Below, in pieces: positions 36,883-50,377 of a DNA stretch of 64,000 bases (positions are counted from its first letter, which is position 1; every line of letters begins with the position of its first letter). The position numbers and the translations under genes are program-made. The stretch covers positions 128,001-192,000 of the forward strand of contig JBKAGE010000035.1 in the NCBI GenBank assembly GCA_046290225.1. The letters run 5' to 3'. Under the pieces are notes generated by a model. That model was not told the DNA's origin. It ran no database searches and saw nothing but the letters and a program-made list of their open reading frames with translations. The stretch is from Bradymonadia bacterium (GTDB taxonomy: Bacteria; Myxococcota_A; Bradymonadia; UBA7976; UBA1532).

Positions 36883-38511
36883 TCAGCCCTGAGCGGCGAC
36901 AGCAGCCTGCTCGATGGCGGCGTCGGCGGCCTGCTTGTAGCCGATGGGCTTGAACTTGATGATGAACATCATGGCCTTGAGGCCCCGCACCAGCCAGAAG
37001 AACACGATGAAGCCCAGGGTGAGAATCAACGGACCAGTGAGCAGCAAACTGCTGAAGCTGATGTCGTCACCCGAGGTCTGGCTGTCGATGAGGGCTTCGA
37101 CGGCGGGCTGGGCGAAGGAGATGTAGATCGGGGGCAGAATGAAGGCCCACAGCAGCGAGATGAAGCCCCACTTCCAGAACTTCTGGGCCTTGAAGGGCAC
37201 CTTCTCGTGATACTTCGCCCGGAAGATCTTCTGGGCCTTGCCGAGGAACATCAACGTGGTGACGAAGATGGCCACGACGTTGAGCAGCACGAAGGCCAGT
37301 GCGCCACCGAGGCTGCCGTAGATGACCCCCGTGGAGGCCTCAGCATCGACGGCGACATAGAAGTAGCCCACGAAGGTGTAGGCCATGAAGGCCTCGATGG
37401 CAGGCTCAACGGCCACTGACAAGAACGCCGAGGAGAAGATCATGATGAAGATCAGCAACAGCAACAGCATGCCCGTGGACTTCATCTCCGCTGTGAGCTT
37501 CCCGAAGATCAGCTTCATCGTCTGACCTCCGGTGACCTCACCCCGCACCACACGCTCTGGCAGTTTCACGATGTCGAGCATCACGTCTTTGAGCCCCACC
37601 AGGAACAACAAAACCGCGATGACTGACAAGATGGGTGGCAGATAGCCCATCAACCCCGACAAGCTGTTCATCCAGCCCTTCACGGTGTCGAAGGCTTTGA
37701 AGTCTGCCCGCAACTTCTGAGCATTGTTGAGCAGGGCCATGGGCACCGAGTCGGCCTCGCCGGCGGCCACCTGGGCCAGGGGGGCCTCGATGAGCATCGG
37801 GGCCATCTCCAGCACGTCGTCGATGTTGTTTTCGATGGAGGCGAAGCCCGCCTCGACGAGGGCGATCTGCGGGTTGGCCACGGCACCAAGGCCGCCCTGT
37901 ACCTGCCGGAACACCACCAGCACCAATGTGAAGAGCAACATCGACACGATGAACGTGCCCGAAGCCAGCACGCTGTACTTCACCAGCAGCCCGTCGTTGC
38001 CGGGGTACTTCTTGCGCAAGAACAACGGCATGAGCAGCAGCAGCAGCCCCGAGAGGGAGAACCAGCCGAGCACCTCGGCCATGAAGGCGTTCTTCTCCTC
38101 TTGCTTGGCCATCATCTTGTCTTCGATTTTGGCCACCATGGTGTCGCGGGTCTGCACCACCTTGGCCAGCAGCATCTGCTTGTAAGCCTCTTTCTCCTCG
38201 GGGGTCATCGAGGCCACGTCGACCATGCCCCCACCCTCTTCAGATGCACCTTCGGGTTGGGCCTCGGCCATCTCGTCATCGCCGGGTGGCACCTCACCCG
38301 GAGCAAAAGCACCTTGCTCCTCAGTGTCTTGCAGCGGATCGTCGATCACGCCTTCGGCCCCAGGGGGCAGCTCCCCCTCGGCGCCCATGGGATCCTCGTC
38401 GCCGATGGGTTGGTCGACGACGCCCGGCTCATCGGGCTGCGCCATGACGGCGGTGGACCACAGTGGTACGAGAGCCAGCACACACACAGAGAGCAAGGCA
38501 CGCATCGACAT
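36883..38511 (-). CDS. Multi-pass membrane protein of unknown function with signal peptide and acidic N-terminal region
   Basis: GGAG RBS; signal peptide ending AVMA; E/D/P-rich linker; about seven hydrophobic helices. Confidence 0.75.
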   Translation of the reverse strand: MSMRALLSVCVLALVPLWSTAVMAQPDEPGVVDQPIGDEDPMGAEGELPPGAEGVIDDPLQDTEEQGAFAPGEVPPGDDEMAEAQPEGASEEGGGMVDVASMTPEEKEAYKQMLLAKVVQTRDTMVAKIEDKMMAKQEEKNAFMAEVLGWFSLSGLLLLLMPLFLRKKYPGNDGLLVKYSVLASGTFIVSMLLFTLVLVVFRQVQGGLGAVANPQIALVEAGFASIENNIDDVLEMAPMLIEAPLAQVAAGEADSVPMALLNNAQKLRADFKAFDTVKGWMNSLSGLMGYLPPILSVIAVLLFLVGLKDVMLDIVKLPERVVRGEVTGGQTMKLIFGKLTAEMKSTGMLLLLLIFIMIFSSAFLSVAVEPAIEAFMAYTFVGYFYVAVDAEASTGVIYGSLGGALAFVLLNVVAIFVTTLMFLGKAQKIFRAKYHEKVPFKAQKFWKWGFISLLWAFILPPIYISFAQPAVEALIDSQTSGDDISFSSLLLTGPLILTLGFIVFFWLVRGLKAMMFIIKFKPIGYKQAADAAIEQAAVAAQG

Positions 38512-38691
38512 CACAGTCTCCGTCAACAGAGCATTCAGAAGCGCCCGTGATATGGACAATGACGTGGTCGATGTCAACGCGATCTCGTGGCATCACACAC
38601 ATCATCAAATGGTGAATTGTGCTGCCCTTGATCTGCAGTGCGTCACCGTGGATACGATGCCCCTGCCTCAAGCCGATTAAGGAGTCCCCCC

Positions 38692-39978
38692 ATGCGCAGA
38701 TCCACCGCCCTGTTGCCGGCCCTCTTGTGCAGCGTGGCCGCGCCGTGCCTCACGGTGGGGACCGCCGTCGCCCAGGACAACCCCGAGCTGATCGAAGCGT
38801 GTCGACCCCAAGGAGTGGCCTTCACCTTCACGCAGCCCACCAACCTGTCGCTCAACGATCAAAACGCCGTGCGGTGGCCCCTCAACGGCACGATCCGCCT
38901 GGGCTACACCGGCGCGTGGTGCCCGGAAGATGGCCAGGTGAGCTTCGTGGAGCTCGACGGTGAGGGCAACGAGGTGGGCGAGGTGCCTGCTCAGGTGCGC
39001 ATGCGCATGCCCTACCTGCTGGTGCAGAACGACCCCGAAGAGCCCGAGACCGTGCTCGAGGTCGATCCGGTGGGTCTGCTCAAGCCCCGGACCGACTACC
39101 GGGTGACGGTGAGCCCGCCGAACCCGCTGACCCCGCTCTATCGCGACTACACCCTCGAGTTCCGTACCCGAGCCTCTCAGACCGAGGGCGTGCCCGACTT
39201 CGAAGGCATCACCTCTGTGGAGCTGCCCATGCCGCTGTGCCCTGTGGACAGCAGCCCCTACCGCGAGGCGGCGGTGCCCAGCCCCGAGTGCGTCGTGGGC
39301 TCTCGTCTGGGCCTCACGGTGCGCTTTACGCCGGCGGCGCAGCGACCTGACCTGAGCTATGTGGTGTATCGCACCTCACGGCAAGTCATCGATCCCATGA
39401 CGATGGAGGTGGTGGAGTCGGAGTACAACACCACCGAGGAGTCGCCGGTACGCTATGTGCGTTCGAGCGTCTCGGGCGATCCGTCGAAGCCTGTCACCGA
39501 GCTCCCGGTTTCGGTCATCACCCATTATGGCCCTCTGCCCCGGCGAGAGTGCTTCAGCGTACGCATGGCGGATGACTACCTGCGAGAGCGCGGCGATCTC
39601 ACCAACCAGGCCTGCATCGACATCTTGACCCTGGGCACCTGCCCGCCGGGCTGTACCCCGGGCGAGATGGGCTGCTTCTCGTACCCTGATCCGATCTTGT
39701 CGGAGATCACCGCCCCCACCCCTGGGCAGAACTGCCCCAACCTCGGCCTCGCAGGCGCTGATCCGAACACGCCGATCCCTGGCATTGGCGAAGAGCCCAG
39801 CCTCGACCCCGATGCAGGTGTGGTCGAAGCCGACATGGGCATCCCACCCGATGGTGGTGCTGGCAGCGAAGGTGATGGCGGTGGTGGCAGCTGCGCCACT
39901 GCACCTGGGCGTACGGGCCCGCTGGGGCTGTTGCTGATGCTCGCAACGGGTGTGTTGGGCTGGCGTCGCCGTCGTTGA
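38692..39978 (+). CDS. Secreted protein with MYXO-CTERM-like sorting tail (Ig/Big-like domains)
   Basis: AAGGAG RBS; signal peptide AVA; P...L.P.T.Y.V...EFRT Ig-like motif; tail GGGGSCATAPG-hydrophobic-RRRR. Confidence 0.8.
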   Translation: MRRSTALLPALLCSVAAPCLTVGTAVAQDNPELIEACRPQGVAFTFTQPTNLSLNDQNAVRWPLNGTIRLGYTGAWCPEDGQVSFVELDGEGNEVGEVPAQVRMRMPYLLVQNDPEEPETVLEVDPVGLLKPRTDYRVTVSPPNPLTPLYRDYTLEFRTRASQTEGVPDFEGITSVELPMPLCPVDSSPYREAAVPSPECVVGSRLGLTVRFTPAAQRPDLSYVVYRTSRQVIDPMTMEVVESEYNTTEESPVRYVRSSVSGDPSKPVTELPVSVITHYGPLPRRECFSVRMADDYLRERGDLTNQACIDILTLGTCPPGCTPGEMGCFSYPDPILSEITAPTPGQNCPNLGLAGADPNTPIPGIGEEPSLDPDAGVVEADMGIPPDGGAGSEGDGGGGSCATAPGRTGPLGLLLMLATGVLGWRRRR

Positions 39979-40021
39979 GCCTCTCCGCACTCACACACCA
40001 GTGATACGTGTCATGATTTAG

Positions 40022-40053
40022 GTGTAGTCCAGGCACTCCCCGTCACTTACACT
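40022..40053 (+). promoter_or_regulatory. Conserved upstream motif, class A, member 1
   Basis: GTGTAGTC-N18-TACACT; same arrangement upstream of members 3-6. Confidence 0.55.
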
Positions 40054-40102
40054 GTGCTGGTTCAATCTACAGCTCAGTACAAGAGAAGACCGAGGAGGCC
40101 TC

Positions 40103-43100
40103 ATGGCTCAGTCGCTGACACAGAAGCTCTTGCAGAGCGCCCTCGCCGCGGGGGTCATCACCCTTGCAGGTTTGAGCACCGCCTCTGCGAGCACGGGTTA
40201 CCACCACTGCGCCATCGATGATGCTGGCCAGCTCAAATGCTGGGGCTACAATGCCGGCGGCCAGCTCGGCCAGGGCAACACCACACAGTATGGTGATCAA
40301 GCCAACGAAGTCGCCAACATGTCGCCGGTGAACTTGGGCACCGACGCCCAAGGCCAACCGCTCACCGTACGCCAGATTGCCCATGGCTATCGGTTCTCCT
40401 GCGCCCTGCTCGAAGATGGTCGGTTGAAGTGCTGGGGCCTCGGCTCTTATGGCAGAACCGGTTACGGAGAGACGGCCACCCGTGGTGACAGCGCCAACGA
40501 GATGGGTGACAACCTGCCCTTCGTCGATCTCGGCACCGGCCGCACCGCGGTGCACATCATGAACACCCGGTACAGCGCCTGCGCGATTCTCGACGACGGC
40601 GGCGTCAAATGCTGGGGCCGCAACAACTATGGTCAGCTCGGTCAGGGCAACACCGTCAACCGAGGCGACGGCAACAACGAGATGGGTGAAAACCTCGCCT
40701 ACACCCCCCTTGGTACTGGACGCACCGCCGTGCAGATGTCCGGCGGGTACCAGCACAATTGCGCACTGCTCGACAACGGCGACGTCAAGTGCTGGGGCTG
40801 GGGTGGCTCGGGCATGTTGGGTCAGGGCAACTCGGCCAACATCGGCGACAGCGCCAACGAGCTGGGCGACAACCTGCAACCCATCGACCTGGGCACAAAC
40901 CGCACCGCCACCATGGTGAGTTCGGGCTATCAGTTCAACTGCGCGATCCTCGACAACGGTGGTGTCAAATGCTGGGGCTACAACGGCCACGGCGAGCTGG
41001 GCCAGGGCAACACCACCGCGCGCGGTGACAACGCCGGCGAGATGGGCGACAACCTCGCTTACACCAACCTCGGCACTGGTCGTACCGCCACCCACATCGC
41101 CTCGGGCAACAATCACACCTGCGCGATTCTCGACGACGGCGGTGTCAAGTGCTGGGGCTACAACCATCATGGCCAGTTGGGCCTCAACAACACCGCCTAC
41201 CGCGGCGATCATGCCAACGAGATGGGCGACAGCCTGCCCTACGTCAACCTCGGCGTTGGCCGCACGGCAGTGTCTCTCGGTGTGGGCTTCCACAGCACCT
41301 GCGCGATTCTGGACGACGACTCGGTAAAGTGCTGGGGCTACAACCCTTACGGCAACCTCGGCACCGGCAACACAGCCAGCTATGGCAACGCCAGCTTCAA
41401 CATGTCCAGCAACCCGGGGGTGAACCTTGGCGCCAACTTCGGCACCCCCATCGATCTGGACAACTCTGGCGGCATCACGTGCCCTGACACTGACAGTGAC
41501 GGCCTGTGCGACGAGGAAGACAACTGCCCACTGGCGGCAAACGTGAACCAGGCTGATACCGACGCTGATGGCCTGGGTGATGCGTGTGACGTGTGCGCCA
41601 ACGATGCGACGAACGACGCAGACGGTGATGGCATCTGCCAGGACGTGGACAACTGCATCACTGTGGCCAACGCCGACCAGACGGACAACAACGGTGACGG
41701 CTATGGCGATGCTTGCGTGAGCGTGAACGCCGACATCGACCCCACCGCTACCCTCGGCAACGACCTCGTCATCGGTGAGAACGCTGTCATTGGTGCGTTC
41801 TCTCGCATTGGCGATGGATCCACAGTGATGGGCAGCCTCGGCAGCAGCGTGGGCGTCGGCGCCGGCTCAGTCATCGGCGCAGGTGCAGACATCGAGAACG
41901 GCGTCAGCATCGGTGAAAACGTGGGCGTTGGTGCCAACACCACGATTGGTTTGATTGCCCGCATTGGCGACGGCGCCAGCATCGGTGCTGGTGTGAGCAT
42001 TGGTACTCAGAGTGACATCGGTGCTGGTGCAGTGATTCCCGACGGCGTGCAAATCGGCGAGATTTCGGGTGTGGGAGCCAACACTCAGTTGGGTGCCGGC
42101 TGTGTGTTGGGCAACAATGCTCGGTTCGGCGCCAATGGCTCCACTGGGACTGACTGCACCCTTGAATCGAATACCCAGGTAGGTGAAGGCTTCGTCTTCG
42201 GCAGCACGGTATACATCGAGTCGAACGCCACCATCGAGGCAGAGGCCGACTTTGGTGATGGTGTCCGCATCGGCGACTACGCTGTCGTGGGCCGAAACGC
42301 TCACCTTGCTGCAGGCACCATCCTCGCTTCTGGTGCAGAGCTGGGCGAGAACGCAACAGTAGGCGCTGACTCCGAGATTCGCGGCTCCCTGGGCAACGGC
42401 GTGACTCTGGGTGCTGACTGCTTCGTGGGCAACCAGAGCAGCCTCGCCGACAACTGCACCTTTGGAGATCGCGTCACCACCGGCATCTTCGTCACCCTCG
42501 GCGCTCGCTGCGATGTGGGTGAAGATTCAGCGATTTACGACGGCGTCACCCTCGGGGTCGACGGCAACATCGGTGCTCGCAGCACCGTGCTCTTCCGCGC
42601 GGCGATTGGTGACGAAGCCACGATTGGCACCGACACCATCATCGATGAGCAGGTCACCACGGGGAACCGCTTCACCCTCGGCAACAACAGCCGCCTGTGG
42701 CCCCGCTCCGGGTTCGGCAACGACGTCAGCATCGGCGCCAATGTGCTCATCCGCGACACCGCTGATGTCGGTCATGACGTGACCATTGAAGACGACGTCA
42801 CCATCTTCCCCGAGACCACCATTGGCGAAGGCACCACCATCCGTCAGGGCGTCGAAATCGGTGTGGCAGTGTGTGAGACCCAAGTTTGTGGTCAGGTCAC
42901 CATCGGCCAGTGCAACGACATCAACGCCGATGTGCAGCCTGGCAGCGACATGGGCGGCAACTGTGCCGACGGCAGCGAGGCTGCTCGTGCCGGGGCCTCC
43001 TGCCTCGACCTTCTGAACAACGGCGTCGGCGCTGACGGTGTGTACTGGGTCGACCCCGACGGCGACGGTGGTAACGCCGCCTTCGAGGCCTACTGCGACA

Positions 43101-43696
43101 TGACCACTGATGGTGGTGGTTGGACCCTGATCAGCAACCGCCGGGCCCATCAGAACAACACCGAAGCCTGCGGCAGCAACATTCAGCAGTTCTTCACCAA
43201 CGGCTGTGGCTCGGCGAATGCCATCGGTGCCAACGACAGCTACGCCCTCACTCAAGGGCAGCGCACCAGCATCGAACACTACGAGCTCATGAGCTTGCAG
43301 TACCTCAACGGCGCCCTCGACGCCGACGACGCCTTCATCGTCGAGAAGGCTGGCGGCTTTACTGATTTGTTCCCGAACACCAATGCCTCGACCAACATCC
43401 CCATGGTGCAGGTGTGCACCCTCGACCGCAGCACGTGCGACAGCAGCAATGTCTACTGGAAGTACATCGGCGACTACTGGTTCCACAGCTCCGAGTGTCA
43501 CTCGGGTTCCTCGGGCAGCACCAGCTACCGTGGCAACTATGGCCTCTGCCACAACGGCGCATCCAACAACGGCGCCGGCGCGAACTACTACTCCAACACC
43601 TTCAACGGCAACCGGGAGCACTACCAGGAGACGAAGCTGTGGGGTTACAACAGCCACGGCAGTGATGACTACCAGGAGCGCCTCTTCGTGCGCTGA
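40103..43696 (+). CDS. Array member 1: signal peptide - 7x RCC1-like repeats - TSP3 repeats - hexapeptide beta-helix - fibrinogen-like variable C-domain
   Basis: Seven KCWG repeats; DTDSDG.CD..DNC TSP3 units; ~400 aa of [IVL]G-x4 repeats; SC...[10 protein letters not shown]...[12 protein letters not shown]; ends RLFVR. Confidence 0.88.
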   Translation: MAQSLTQKLLQSALAAGVITLAGLSTASASTGYHHCAIDDAGQLKCWGYNAGGQLGQGNTTQYGDQANEVANMSPVNLGTDAQGQPLTVRQIAHGYRFSCALLEDGRLKCWGLGSYGRTGYGETATRGDSANEMGDNLPFVDLGTGRTAVHIMNTRYSACAILDDGGVKCWGRNNYGQLGQGNTVNRGDGNNEMGENLAYTPLGTGRTAVQMSGGYQHNCALLDNGDVKCWGWGGSGMLGQGNSANIGDSANELGDNLQPIDLGTNRTATMVSSGYQFNCAILDNGGVKCWGYNGHGELGQGNTTARGDNAGEMGDNLAYTNLGTGRTATHIASGNNHTCAILDDGGVKCWGYNHHGQLGLNNTAYRGDHANEMGDSLPYVNLGVGRTAVSLGVGFHSTCAILDDDSVKCWGYNPYGNLGTGNTASYGNASFNMSSNPGVNLGANFGTPIDLDNSGGITCPDTDSDGLCDEEDNCPLAANVNQADTDADGLGDACDVCANDATNDADGDGICQDVDNCITVANADQTDNNGDGYGDACVSVNADIDPTATLGNDLVIGENAVIGAFSRIGDGSTVMGSLGSSVGVGAGSVIGAGADIENGVSIGENVGVGANTTIGLIARIGDGASIGAGVSIGTQSDIGAGAVIPDGVQIGEISGVGANTQLGAGCVLGNNARFGANGSTGTDCTLESNTQVGEGFVFGSTVYIESNATIEAEADFGDGVRIGDYAVVGRNAHLAAGTILASGAELGENATVGADSEIRGSLGNGVTLGADCFVGNQSSLADNCTFGDRVTTGIFVTLGARCDVGEDSAIYDGVTLGVDGNIGARSTVLFRAAIGDEATIGTDTIIDEQVTTGNRFTLGNNSRLWPRSGFGNDVSIGANVLIRDTADVGHDVTIEDDVTIFPETTIGEGTTIRQGVEIGVAVCETQVCGQVTIGQCNDINADVQPGSDMGGNCADGSEAARAGASCLDLLNNGVGADGVYWVDPDGDGGNAAFEAYCDMTTDGGGWTLISNRRAHQNNTEACGSNIQQFFTNGCGSANAIGANDSYALTQGQRTSIEHYELMSLQYLNGALDADDAFIVEKAGGFTDLFPNTNASTNIPMVQVCTLDRSTCDSSNVYWKYIGDYWFHSSECHSGSSGSTSYRGNYGLCHNGASNNGAGANYYSNTFNGNREHYQETKLWGYNSHGSDDYQERLFVR

Positions 43697-43790
43697 TGCC
43701 CCGCAGCCCACGCACCAGCACATCCCACCTGCACCAGGGCGCCCGGGCATCCAGTCATTCGAAAGAACTGATGTCTCTTTCTAGGGTACC

Positions 43791-43815
43791 CATTCATCAC
43801 ACATGCCGGTACACT
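43791..43815 (+). promoter_or_regulatory. Conserved upstream motif, class B, member 2
   Basis: CATTCATC-N9-GGTACACT; identical arrangement at 62676-62700. Confidence 0.5.
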
Positions 43816-43850
43816 CGCTGCATTCACCTGACCTGTGTGGAGTGTATGTC

Positions 43851-46583
43851 ATGGGTGTGAAGCTTCTCACCATCACCGGGGCCACCGCGCTGCTCTGTGC
43901 CAGCGCAGCTCAGGCGCAAACACCGTCGAGTTGTGCGAGCATCGTGCGCAACGGGCTGAGCAACGGCGACGGTGTGTACACCATCGACCCCGACGGGGCT
44001 GGTGGCAACGCGGCCTTCGATGTGTATTGCGACATGACCACCGACGGCGGTGGCTGGGCCATGCTCTACAACAGCGTCGGTGATCCTGGCGGCCAGACCA
44101 CGGCCTTCTGGCAGATCCCGTACGCAGAGCGCCTCAACGTGAAGGGCACCCCCAACCTCTCGAGCAACTTCTATGCGGGCTCTCTCTACATCTACGGTCG
44201 GGAGTACCGAGAGACCATCACCGATCTGAACGACACGACGGTGGAGGTGTACCGAGCCACAAGCCAGGGCATCAACACCTCCAACATGCACCTCACCAGC
44301 CCCGCCTTCGTCTCGGGCAACAGCAACTCCTACAGTTGTCAATTCGCCAGCGGGTGGGCGGCGTCCAACTACGACGCCGACGGCTATGGCGGGAACTGTG
44401 CGTCGGCCTACTCGAACGTCACCCAGCACTACTGCAGTTGCTGGTATTACAACCTCGGCTCAGATGCCGACGGCCCCCACTTTGATGGTGGCTGGGGCCC
44501 TCACTATCACTCGAGCACGGCGAGCTCCGACGGGCTGTCCACCGATGGCAGCGGATACTCTCGGATGAACGCCATCACCCGATGGACCCGTTGGGATGGC
44601 GGTGAAATCATCGTGCTTGATGCCGACAGTGATGGTGTGAACGACGACAACGACAACTGCCCGAACACCGCCAACGCTGATCAAGCAGATGGTGATGGTG
44701 ATGGGCAGGGTGATGTCTGTGATGCTTGCCCTGCTGATGCCACGAACGACGCAGACGGTGATGGTGTCTGCCAGGACGTCGACAACTGCCCCACCGTCGC
44801 CAACGGCGATCAGCTCGACGACAATGGTGATGGCTATGGCGACGCCTGCGTGAGCACTGCCGCCGACATCGCCGAAACCGCCACCCTCGGCAGCGACATC
44901 GTCGTCGGTGCTGATGCGATCATCGGGCCCTTCGCCCACATCGGCGACGGCGCCACGGTGAACGGCACCCTGGGCAGCAGCGTGCGCGTCGGCGCCGGCG
45001 CTGTCGTGGCTGCAGGTGCCAGCGTAGGCAACGGCGGCCGCCTCGGCGCCAACGTCGGTGTCGGCGCCAACTGCGCCCTCGGCGTGCTGGCGAACATCGG
45101 TGATGATGTGACGCTGGGCGCTGGCTGCTCTGTGGGCACCCGGGCGAGCATCGGCCCCCGGAGTAACCTCGGCGCCAACACTTCTGTGGGAGATCTCTCC
45201 ACCGTGGGCGAAGAGGCAAGCTTCGGCGACGGGGCCAGCGTGGGCAACAGCAGTAGCGTGGGCAACAGCGCCGAGCTGCTCGCCGGTGCCTCGGTGGGCT
45301 CGAACACCACCATCGGCCACACCCTGAGCCTCGGGGCCGGGGCTTCGGTGGCCACCAACTCCATCATCGGCGACGCAGCCATCATCGGCGCCAACGGCGT
45401 GGTGGGGAACTACGTCAACATCGGCGACAGCCTCGCCATGGGCGCCGACAGCGAGATCGCCGACGGCGCCAACCTCGGCCATGACGTCACCCTTGGCGCG
45501 AGCACCGAGGTCCGTGGCAGCCTCGGGGACAACGTCACCCTGGAAGACCGGGTGTTCATCGGGAACCAGAGCAGCGTCGGCGCCGACAGCCACCTGCACC
45601 ACGACGTGAGCCTCGGCATCTTCGTCAGCTTGGGCTCCAGCGTCATTGTCAACGACGACAGCGCCATCTACGACGGCGTCTCCATCGGCGCCAACAGCAC
45701 CCTTGGCCAGGCCACCAGCGTGCTGTTCCGCAGCACCATCGGTGCCCGAGCCAACATCGGTGACAGCGCCATTGTCGACGAGCAGATCACCATCGGCGAC
45801 GACTTCACCCTCGGCACCAACAGCCGGCTGTGGCCCCGCTCGACCTACGGCAGCACCGTCACCATCGGCAACAACGTGCTGATTCGCGACAGCGCCGATG
45901 TGGGCGACGACGTCACCATCGAGAACGATGCCATCATCTTCCCCGAGACCACCATTGGTCGGTCATCCATCATCCGCCAGGGCGTGGAGATCGGTGTAGC
46001 CACCTGCGAGACCCGCGTCTGCGGTCAGGTCACCATCGGTGACTGCACCGACATCGGCGCTGACATGCAGCCTGGCGCTGGGCAGCCGGGCACCTGCACA
46101 GTGCCTCCGGTGGTGTCTTCGGTGGAGCACTACGGCAGCGGGAACCGCGACGGGAACAACCTGCCCGCCACCAACCTCTTCGACGGCAACATCAACACCA
46201 AGAGTCGTTACCGCACTGGGGGCGATCGGTCCTACCGGATCGAGATCATCCTGCAGGGCCCGTCGACGCTCTCTGGTCTCGACATCTATGTGCCCCCAGG
46301 CCAGAACGCGGGCTACGCCGGCATCCAGATCTCCACCGACTCGGGGAACGGCTATGAGGTGCAGTACACCAACACCAACATGTTCGGCATCACCGGCCGC
46401 TTCGCAGGTGCAGAAGAGGTAGGCGGCCCGGGCTACGGCGCTGGTCATCAGGGCATTCAGGGCTGGTACAGCCACGCCTTCCCCCGCGTCGACGACGTCA
46501 CCCGCATTCAGATCATCACTGGCTGGAACGACGAAGCCAACGATGCTTGCTACTCCATGAACGAGATCGAACTCGTCGAGTAA
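43851..46583 (+). CDS. Array member 2: signal peptide - fibrinogen-like N-domain - TSP3 - hexapeptide beta-helix - discoidin/F5-8C-like C-domain
   Basis: AQA signal; SC...[10 protein letters not shown]...[11 protein letters not shown] at the N-terminus; same core as member 1; C-terminus NLFDGNINT...IEIIL...ISTDSG...EIELVE. Confidence 0.86.
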   Translation: MGVKLLTITGATALLCASAAQAQTPSSCASIVRNGLSNGDGVYTIDPDGAGGNAAFDVYCDMTTDGGGWAMLYNSVGDPGGQTTAFWQIPYAERLNVKGTPNLSSNFYAGSLYIYGREYRETITDLNDTTVEVYRATSQGINTSNMHLTSPAFVSGNSNSYSCQFASGWAASNYDADGYGGNCASAYSNVTQHYCSCWYYNLGSDADGPHFDGGWGPHYHSSTASSDGLSTDGSGYSRMNAITRWTRWDGGEIIVLDADSDGVNDDNDNCPNTANADQADGDGDGQGDVCDACPADATNDADGDGVCQDVDNCPTVANGDQLDDNGDGYGDACVSTAADIAETATLGSDIVVGADAIIGPFAHIGDGATVNGTLGSSVRVGAGAVVAAGASVGNGGRLGANVGVGANCALGVLANIGDDVTLGAGCSVGTRASIGPRSNLGANTSVGDLSTVGEEASFGDGASVGNSSSVGNSAELLAGASVGSNTTIGHTLSLGAGASVATNSIIGDAAIIGANGVVGNYVNIGDSLAMGADSEIADGANLGHDVTLGASTEVRGSLGDNVTLEDRVFIGNQSSVGADSHLHHDVSLGIFVSLGSSVIVNDDSAIYDGVSIGANSTLGQATSVLFRSTIGARANIGDSAIVDEQITIGDDFTLGTNSRLWPRSTYGSTVTIGNNVLIRDSADVGDDVTIENDAIIFPETTIGRSSIIRQGVEIGVATCETRVCGQVTIGDCTDIGADMQPGAGQPGTCTVPPVVSSVEHYGSGNRDGNNLPATNLFDGNINTKSRYRTGGDRSYRIEIILQGPSTLSGLDIYVPPGQNAGYAGIQISTDSGNGYEVQYTNTNMFGITGRFAGAEEVGGPGYGAGHQGIQGWYSHAFPRVDDVTRIQIITGWNDEANDACYSMNEIELVE

Positions 46584-46622
46584 CCCGCCTCCGCGACCCC
46601 CCACCCCTCTCGAGCTTCTCAC

Positions 46623-46670
46623 CTACATCATACTTTTGTGTGGTCAGGCGTAAGTCTGAACACCTACAAT
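46623..46670 (+). promoter_or_regulatory. Conserved upstream motif, class A, member 3
   Basis: CTACA-N11-TGTGGTC-N19-TACAAT. Confidence 0.6.
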
Positions 46671-46735
46671 GCTTAGGTCATCGCACACTGACCCAAAACG
46701 TCATTGCCACACATCACCATCGACACGAGGCAACC

Positions 46736-49700
46736 ATGGATACTCGCCGTATCTTGAAACGCGCCCTCTTCGCCCTCATGGGCGCGGGATCGCTCACTCT
46801 GCTCGGGGCCTCGGTGGCCCAGGCCAACCACGACTACCACTCGTGTGCGCTCTTCGATAACGGGCAGATCAAGTGTTGGGGCTACAACTCCAATGGTCAG
46901 CTTGGTTACGGCAATACCAACTATCGAGGCGATACAGCCAACGAGATGGGCGACAACCTCCCCTTTGTCGACCTCGGTACTGGGCTCACGGTCGAGGAGG
47001 TTTCGTCAGGTTGGCACCATACATGCGCGCTGTTCACCGATGGGCGAGTCAAATGCTGGGGTTACAACAGCCACGCTGAGCTGGGCAGCGGAAACGTGGC
47101 CCACCTCGGTGACGGTGCCAGCGAGATGGGCGACAACCTGCCCTTCGTGAACTTCGGTACGGGTCGCACAGCCGTTTATGTGGACTCGGGTGTGCACCAC
47201 TCCTGCGCCATCCTCGACAACAACGATGTGAAGTGCTGGGGCTACAACGGCCATGGTGAGACAGGTGTGGGTTTCTCCGGGGGGTACATTGGTGATGCCA
47301 ATGGCGCCGAGATGGGCGACAACCGACCCCCTGTGAACCTCGGCAGCAACCTCACCGTAGCTCACGTCGATGCGGCCTACTTCCACAGCTGCGCCCTCTT
47401 CGACGATGGCCGCGTGAAGTGCTGGGGTCGCAACAACTACGGCCAGATCGGTTATGGCAGCAACACCATCATCGGCGACGTCGCAGGCGAGATGGGTGAC
47501 AACCTGCCCTTCGTCGATCTCGGCACCGGTCGAACAGCGAAGCATGTCGAGGGCGGCATCTACCACACCTGCGCACTGCTCGATAACGATCGCGTGAAGT
47601 GTTGGGGTCGCAACAACTACGGCAACCTTGGGTATGGCGACAACAACAACCGTGGCGACGGACCCAACGAGATGGGCGACAACTTGCCCTATGTCGATCT
47701 CGGCACCGACGGCCAGGGCAACCCGTTGCTGGTGGATCGTCTCTGGGTTGACGCCTATCACAACTGTGCGCAGCTCCAGAATGGTGGGGTGAAGTGTTGG
47801 GGCCATGGCACCCACGGCGCCCTGGGCCTTGGTGAGAGCAATCACCGCGGTGATGCTGCCAACGAGATGGGCAACAACCTGCCCTATGTCGATTTGGGCA
47901 CGGGCCGCAGTGTCGTCGATATGACGCTTGGCTACCTCTTCAGCTGTGCACAGCTCGACGATGGTGGGGTGAAGTGTTGGGGCTACAACGCCCATGGCCA
48001 GTTGGGTCAAGGGAACACGACTCAACGAGGCGACAACGCCGGCGAGATGGGCGACAACCTCGCCTACACCCCACTTGGCAGCGTTTCTTCTGTGGTGGAG
48101 CTGTCTTCACCGGCATCCAACCGGATCACCGACGACGATGGTGATGGCGTCGATGATGGAGTGGACAACTGTCTTCTCGTGGCCAACGCCGATCAAACAG
48201 ACACTGATGGCGATGGCGCCGGTGATGCGTGTGATGCCTGCGCGAACGACGCGACGAACGACGCTGACGGCGATGGCATCTGTCAGGACGTGGACAACTG
48301 CATCACTGTGGCCAACGCAGACCAGACGGACAACAACGGTGATGGCTACGGCGACGCTTGTGTGAGCGTGAACGCCGACATCGATCCCACGGCTACGCTG
48401 GGCGCTGACCTCGTGATTGGTGAGAACGCAGTGATTGGTGCCTTCGCCCGCGTGGACGACGGCGCCACGGTGATGGGCACTCTCGGCAGTAGCGTCGGCA
48501 TTGGTGCTAGCTCGGTCGTAGCCGCTGGAGCCAACCTCGCGAACGGCGTCAGCGTGGGCGAGAACGTGGGCATCGGGGCTGGTACCAGCATTGGTGTGAT
48601 TGCCCGCATCGGCGACGGGGCCAGCATCGGCGCCAACGTCACCATCGGCACCCAGGGTGAAATCGGCGCTGGCGCTGTCATCCCTGACGGCGTGCAAATC
48701 GGTGAGATTTCGGGCGTGGGTGACAACACTCAGCTCGGCGCCGGCTGTGTGCTGGGCAACAACGCCAAGATGGGGTCGAACGGCTCCACGGGTACGGACT
48801 GCACCCTTGAGTCAAACACCCGCGTGGGTGACGACTTCGTCTTCGGGACTACGGTTTACATCGAGTCGAACTCCACCATCGAGCCCGAGGCTGACTTCGG
48901 CAACGGCGTGCGCATTGGTGACTACGCTGTCGTGGGCCGAAACGCTCACCTTGCTGCAGGCACCACCCTCGCATCTGGCGCGGAACTCGGTGAGAACGCC
49001 TCTGTGGGTGCTGATTCCGAGATTCGCGGTGCCCTGGGCAACGGCGTGACTCTGGGCGCTGACTGCTTCGTGGGCAACCAGAGCAGCCTCGCTGACAACT
49101 GCACCTTTGGGGACCGCGTCACCACGGGCATCTTCGTATCCCTCGGCGCTCGCTGTGACGTGGGCGAGGATTCGGCGATTTACGACGGTGTGACCCTCGG
49201 TGTGGACAACACCGTGGGCGCCCGCAGCACCATTCTGTTCCGGACCACCATCGGCGACACCGCCAACATCGGGACCGACACCATCATCGACGAGCAGAAC
49301 ACCATCGGGCACCGGTTCACCCTGGGCAACAACAGCCGTCTGTGGCCCCGCTCTGGCTTTGGCAACGACGTCAGCGTCGGCGCCAACGTGCTCATTCGCG
49401 ACACTGCTGACGTGGGCGACGAGGTCACCATCGAGAACGACGTCACCATCTTCCCCGAGACCACCATTGGTCAGGAGACCACCATCCGCCAGGGTGTGGA
49501 GCTCGGCGTAGCCATCTGCGCCACTCAGCGCTGTGGTCAGGTCAACATTGGCGAGTGTCTCGACATCAACGCCGATATGGGCCCTCTGAGCGACATGCCC
49601 GGCAGCTGCGCCGATGGCAGCGAGGCTGCCCAGGCGGGCCAGAGCTGTGCTGACCTGCTCGCCAACGGCGTCACCACCACGGGCACTTACTGGATCGACC

Positions 49701-50218
49701 CTGATGATGGTGGCCCCATCGCGCCGTTCCAGGCCTACTGCGACATGACCACCGACGGCGGCGGCTGGACCATGATCGGGAACGGCACGTGGTACAGCAG
49801 CACCGCCAACTATGTGGCTCCGGGCCAGGGGAATGTTCAGCTGGCCACCACCACCATCGACGCGCTGCGGACCAACTCCGAGGACCTGTTCCGCGTGGGC
49901 CAGGGGAACACCCGCATGTTCATCCGGGACTCGGGCGCTCTCATCGAGCAGGGCCTGCACTACTGGCGCTCCACCGCCAACGATCTGGAATGCTCCACGG
50001 GCTACGACGCGGTCACCTCGAACACGATGACCGACGTGCCAAACAACCGCCTCACTTGCGATGCGTTCGGTGTGGGCTCACACACGTGTGGCTCGGCGAA
50101 CGGCTGGATCCTGATCCACGTGGTGGATGCCTTTAACTGGAACGGTACTCACCCTTGTAGCTTCGGCGTGGCCTACTACCCCACCAACCAGGCCCTCAAC
50201 ACACTCTGGTTGCGCTGA
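46736..50218 (+). CDS. Array member 3: signal peptide - 7x RCC1-like - TSP3 - hexapeptide beta-helix - fibrinogen-like variable C-domain
   Basis: GAGG RBS; seven KCWG repeats; conserved core; [12 protein letters not shown]; ends TLWLR. Confidence 0.88.
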   Translation: MDTRRILKRALFALMGAGSLTLLGASVAQANHDYHSCALFDNGQIKCWGYNSNGQLGYGNTNYRGDTANEMGDNLPFVDLGTGLTVEEVSSGWHHTCALFTDGRVKCWGYNSHAELGSGNVAHLGDGASEMGDNLPFVNFGTGRTAVYVDSGVHHSCAILDNNDVKCWGYNGHGETGVGFSGGYIGDANGAEMGDNRPPVNLGSNLTVAHVDAAYFHSCALFDDGRVKCWGRNNYGQIGYGSNTIIGDVAGEMGDNLPFVDLGTGRTAKHVEGGIYHTCALLDNDRVKCWGRNNYGNLGYGDNNNRGDGPNEMGDNLPYVDLGTDGQGNPLLVDRLWVDAYHNCAQLQNGGVKCWGHGTHGALGLGESNHRGDAANEMGNNLPYVDLGTGRSVVDMTLGYLFSCAQLDDGGVKCWGYNAHGQLGQGNTTQRGDNAGEMGDNLAYTPLGSVSSVVELSSPASNRITDDDGDGVDDGVDNCLLVANADQTDTDGDGAGDACDACANDATNDADGDGICQDVDNCITVANADQTDNNGDGYGDACVSVNADIDPTATLGADLVIGENAVIGAFARVDDGATVMGTLGSSVGIGASSVVAAGANLANGVSVGENVGIGAGTSIGVIARIGDGASIGANVTIGTQGEIGAGAVIPDGVQIGEISGVGDNTQLGAGCVLGNNAKMGSNGSTGTDCTLESNTRVGDDFVFGTTVYIESNSTIEPEADFGNGVRIGDYAVVGRNAHLAAGTTLASGAELGENASVGADSEIRGALGNGVTLGADCFVGNQSSLADNCTFGDRVTTGIFVSLGARCDVGEDSAIYDGVTLGVDNTVGARSTILFRTTIGDTANIGTDTIIDEQNTIGHRFTLGNNSRLWPRSGFGNDVSVGANVLIRDTADVGDEVTIENDVTIFPETTIGQETTIRQGVELGVAICATQRCGQVNIGECLDINADMGPLSDMPGSCADGSEAAQAGQSCADLLANGVTTTGTYWIDPDDGGPIAPFQAYCDMTTDGGGWTMIGNGTWYSSTANYVAPGQGNVQLATTTIDALRTNSEDLFRVGQGNTRMFIRDSGALIEQGLHYWRSTANDLECSTGYDAVTSNTMTDVPNNRLTCDAFGVGSHTCGSANGWILIHVVDAFNWNGTHPCSFGVAYYPTNQALNTLWLR

Positions 50219-50291
50219 CGGCACACACCTCCTGGTCAACGCCCGCCTGATAATCCCCCCTCTTTTCAGCCTGATTCAGCGCCATTTAGGC

Positions 50292-50339
50292 CTACATCGT
50301 GATTTGGTGTAGTCCATGGTGTGTCAATTCACCTACAAT
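50292..50339 (+). promoter_or_regulatory. Conserved upstream motif, class A, member 4
   Basis: CTACA-N11-TGTAGTC-N19-TACAAT. Confidence 0.62.
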
Positions 50340-50377
50340 GACTCCGCTTGCATACTCCCGATGCTCACGGAGGACCG

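Noticed and set aside
41720..42960. LpxD/LpxA-type acyltransferase annotation for the hexapeptide regions
   Set aside because: The repeats are much longer, sit inside signal-peptide-bearing proteins between TSP3 and lectin-like domains, and lack recognisable acyltransferase flanking domains.
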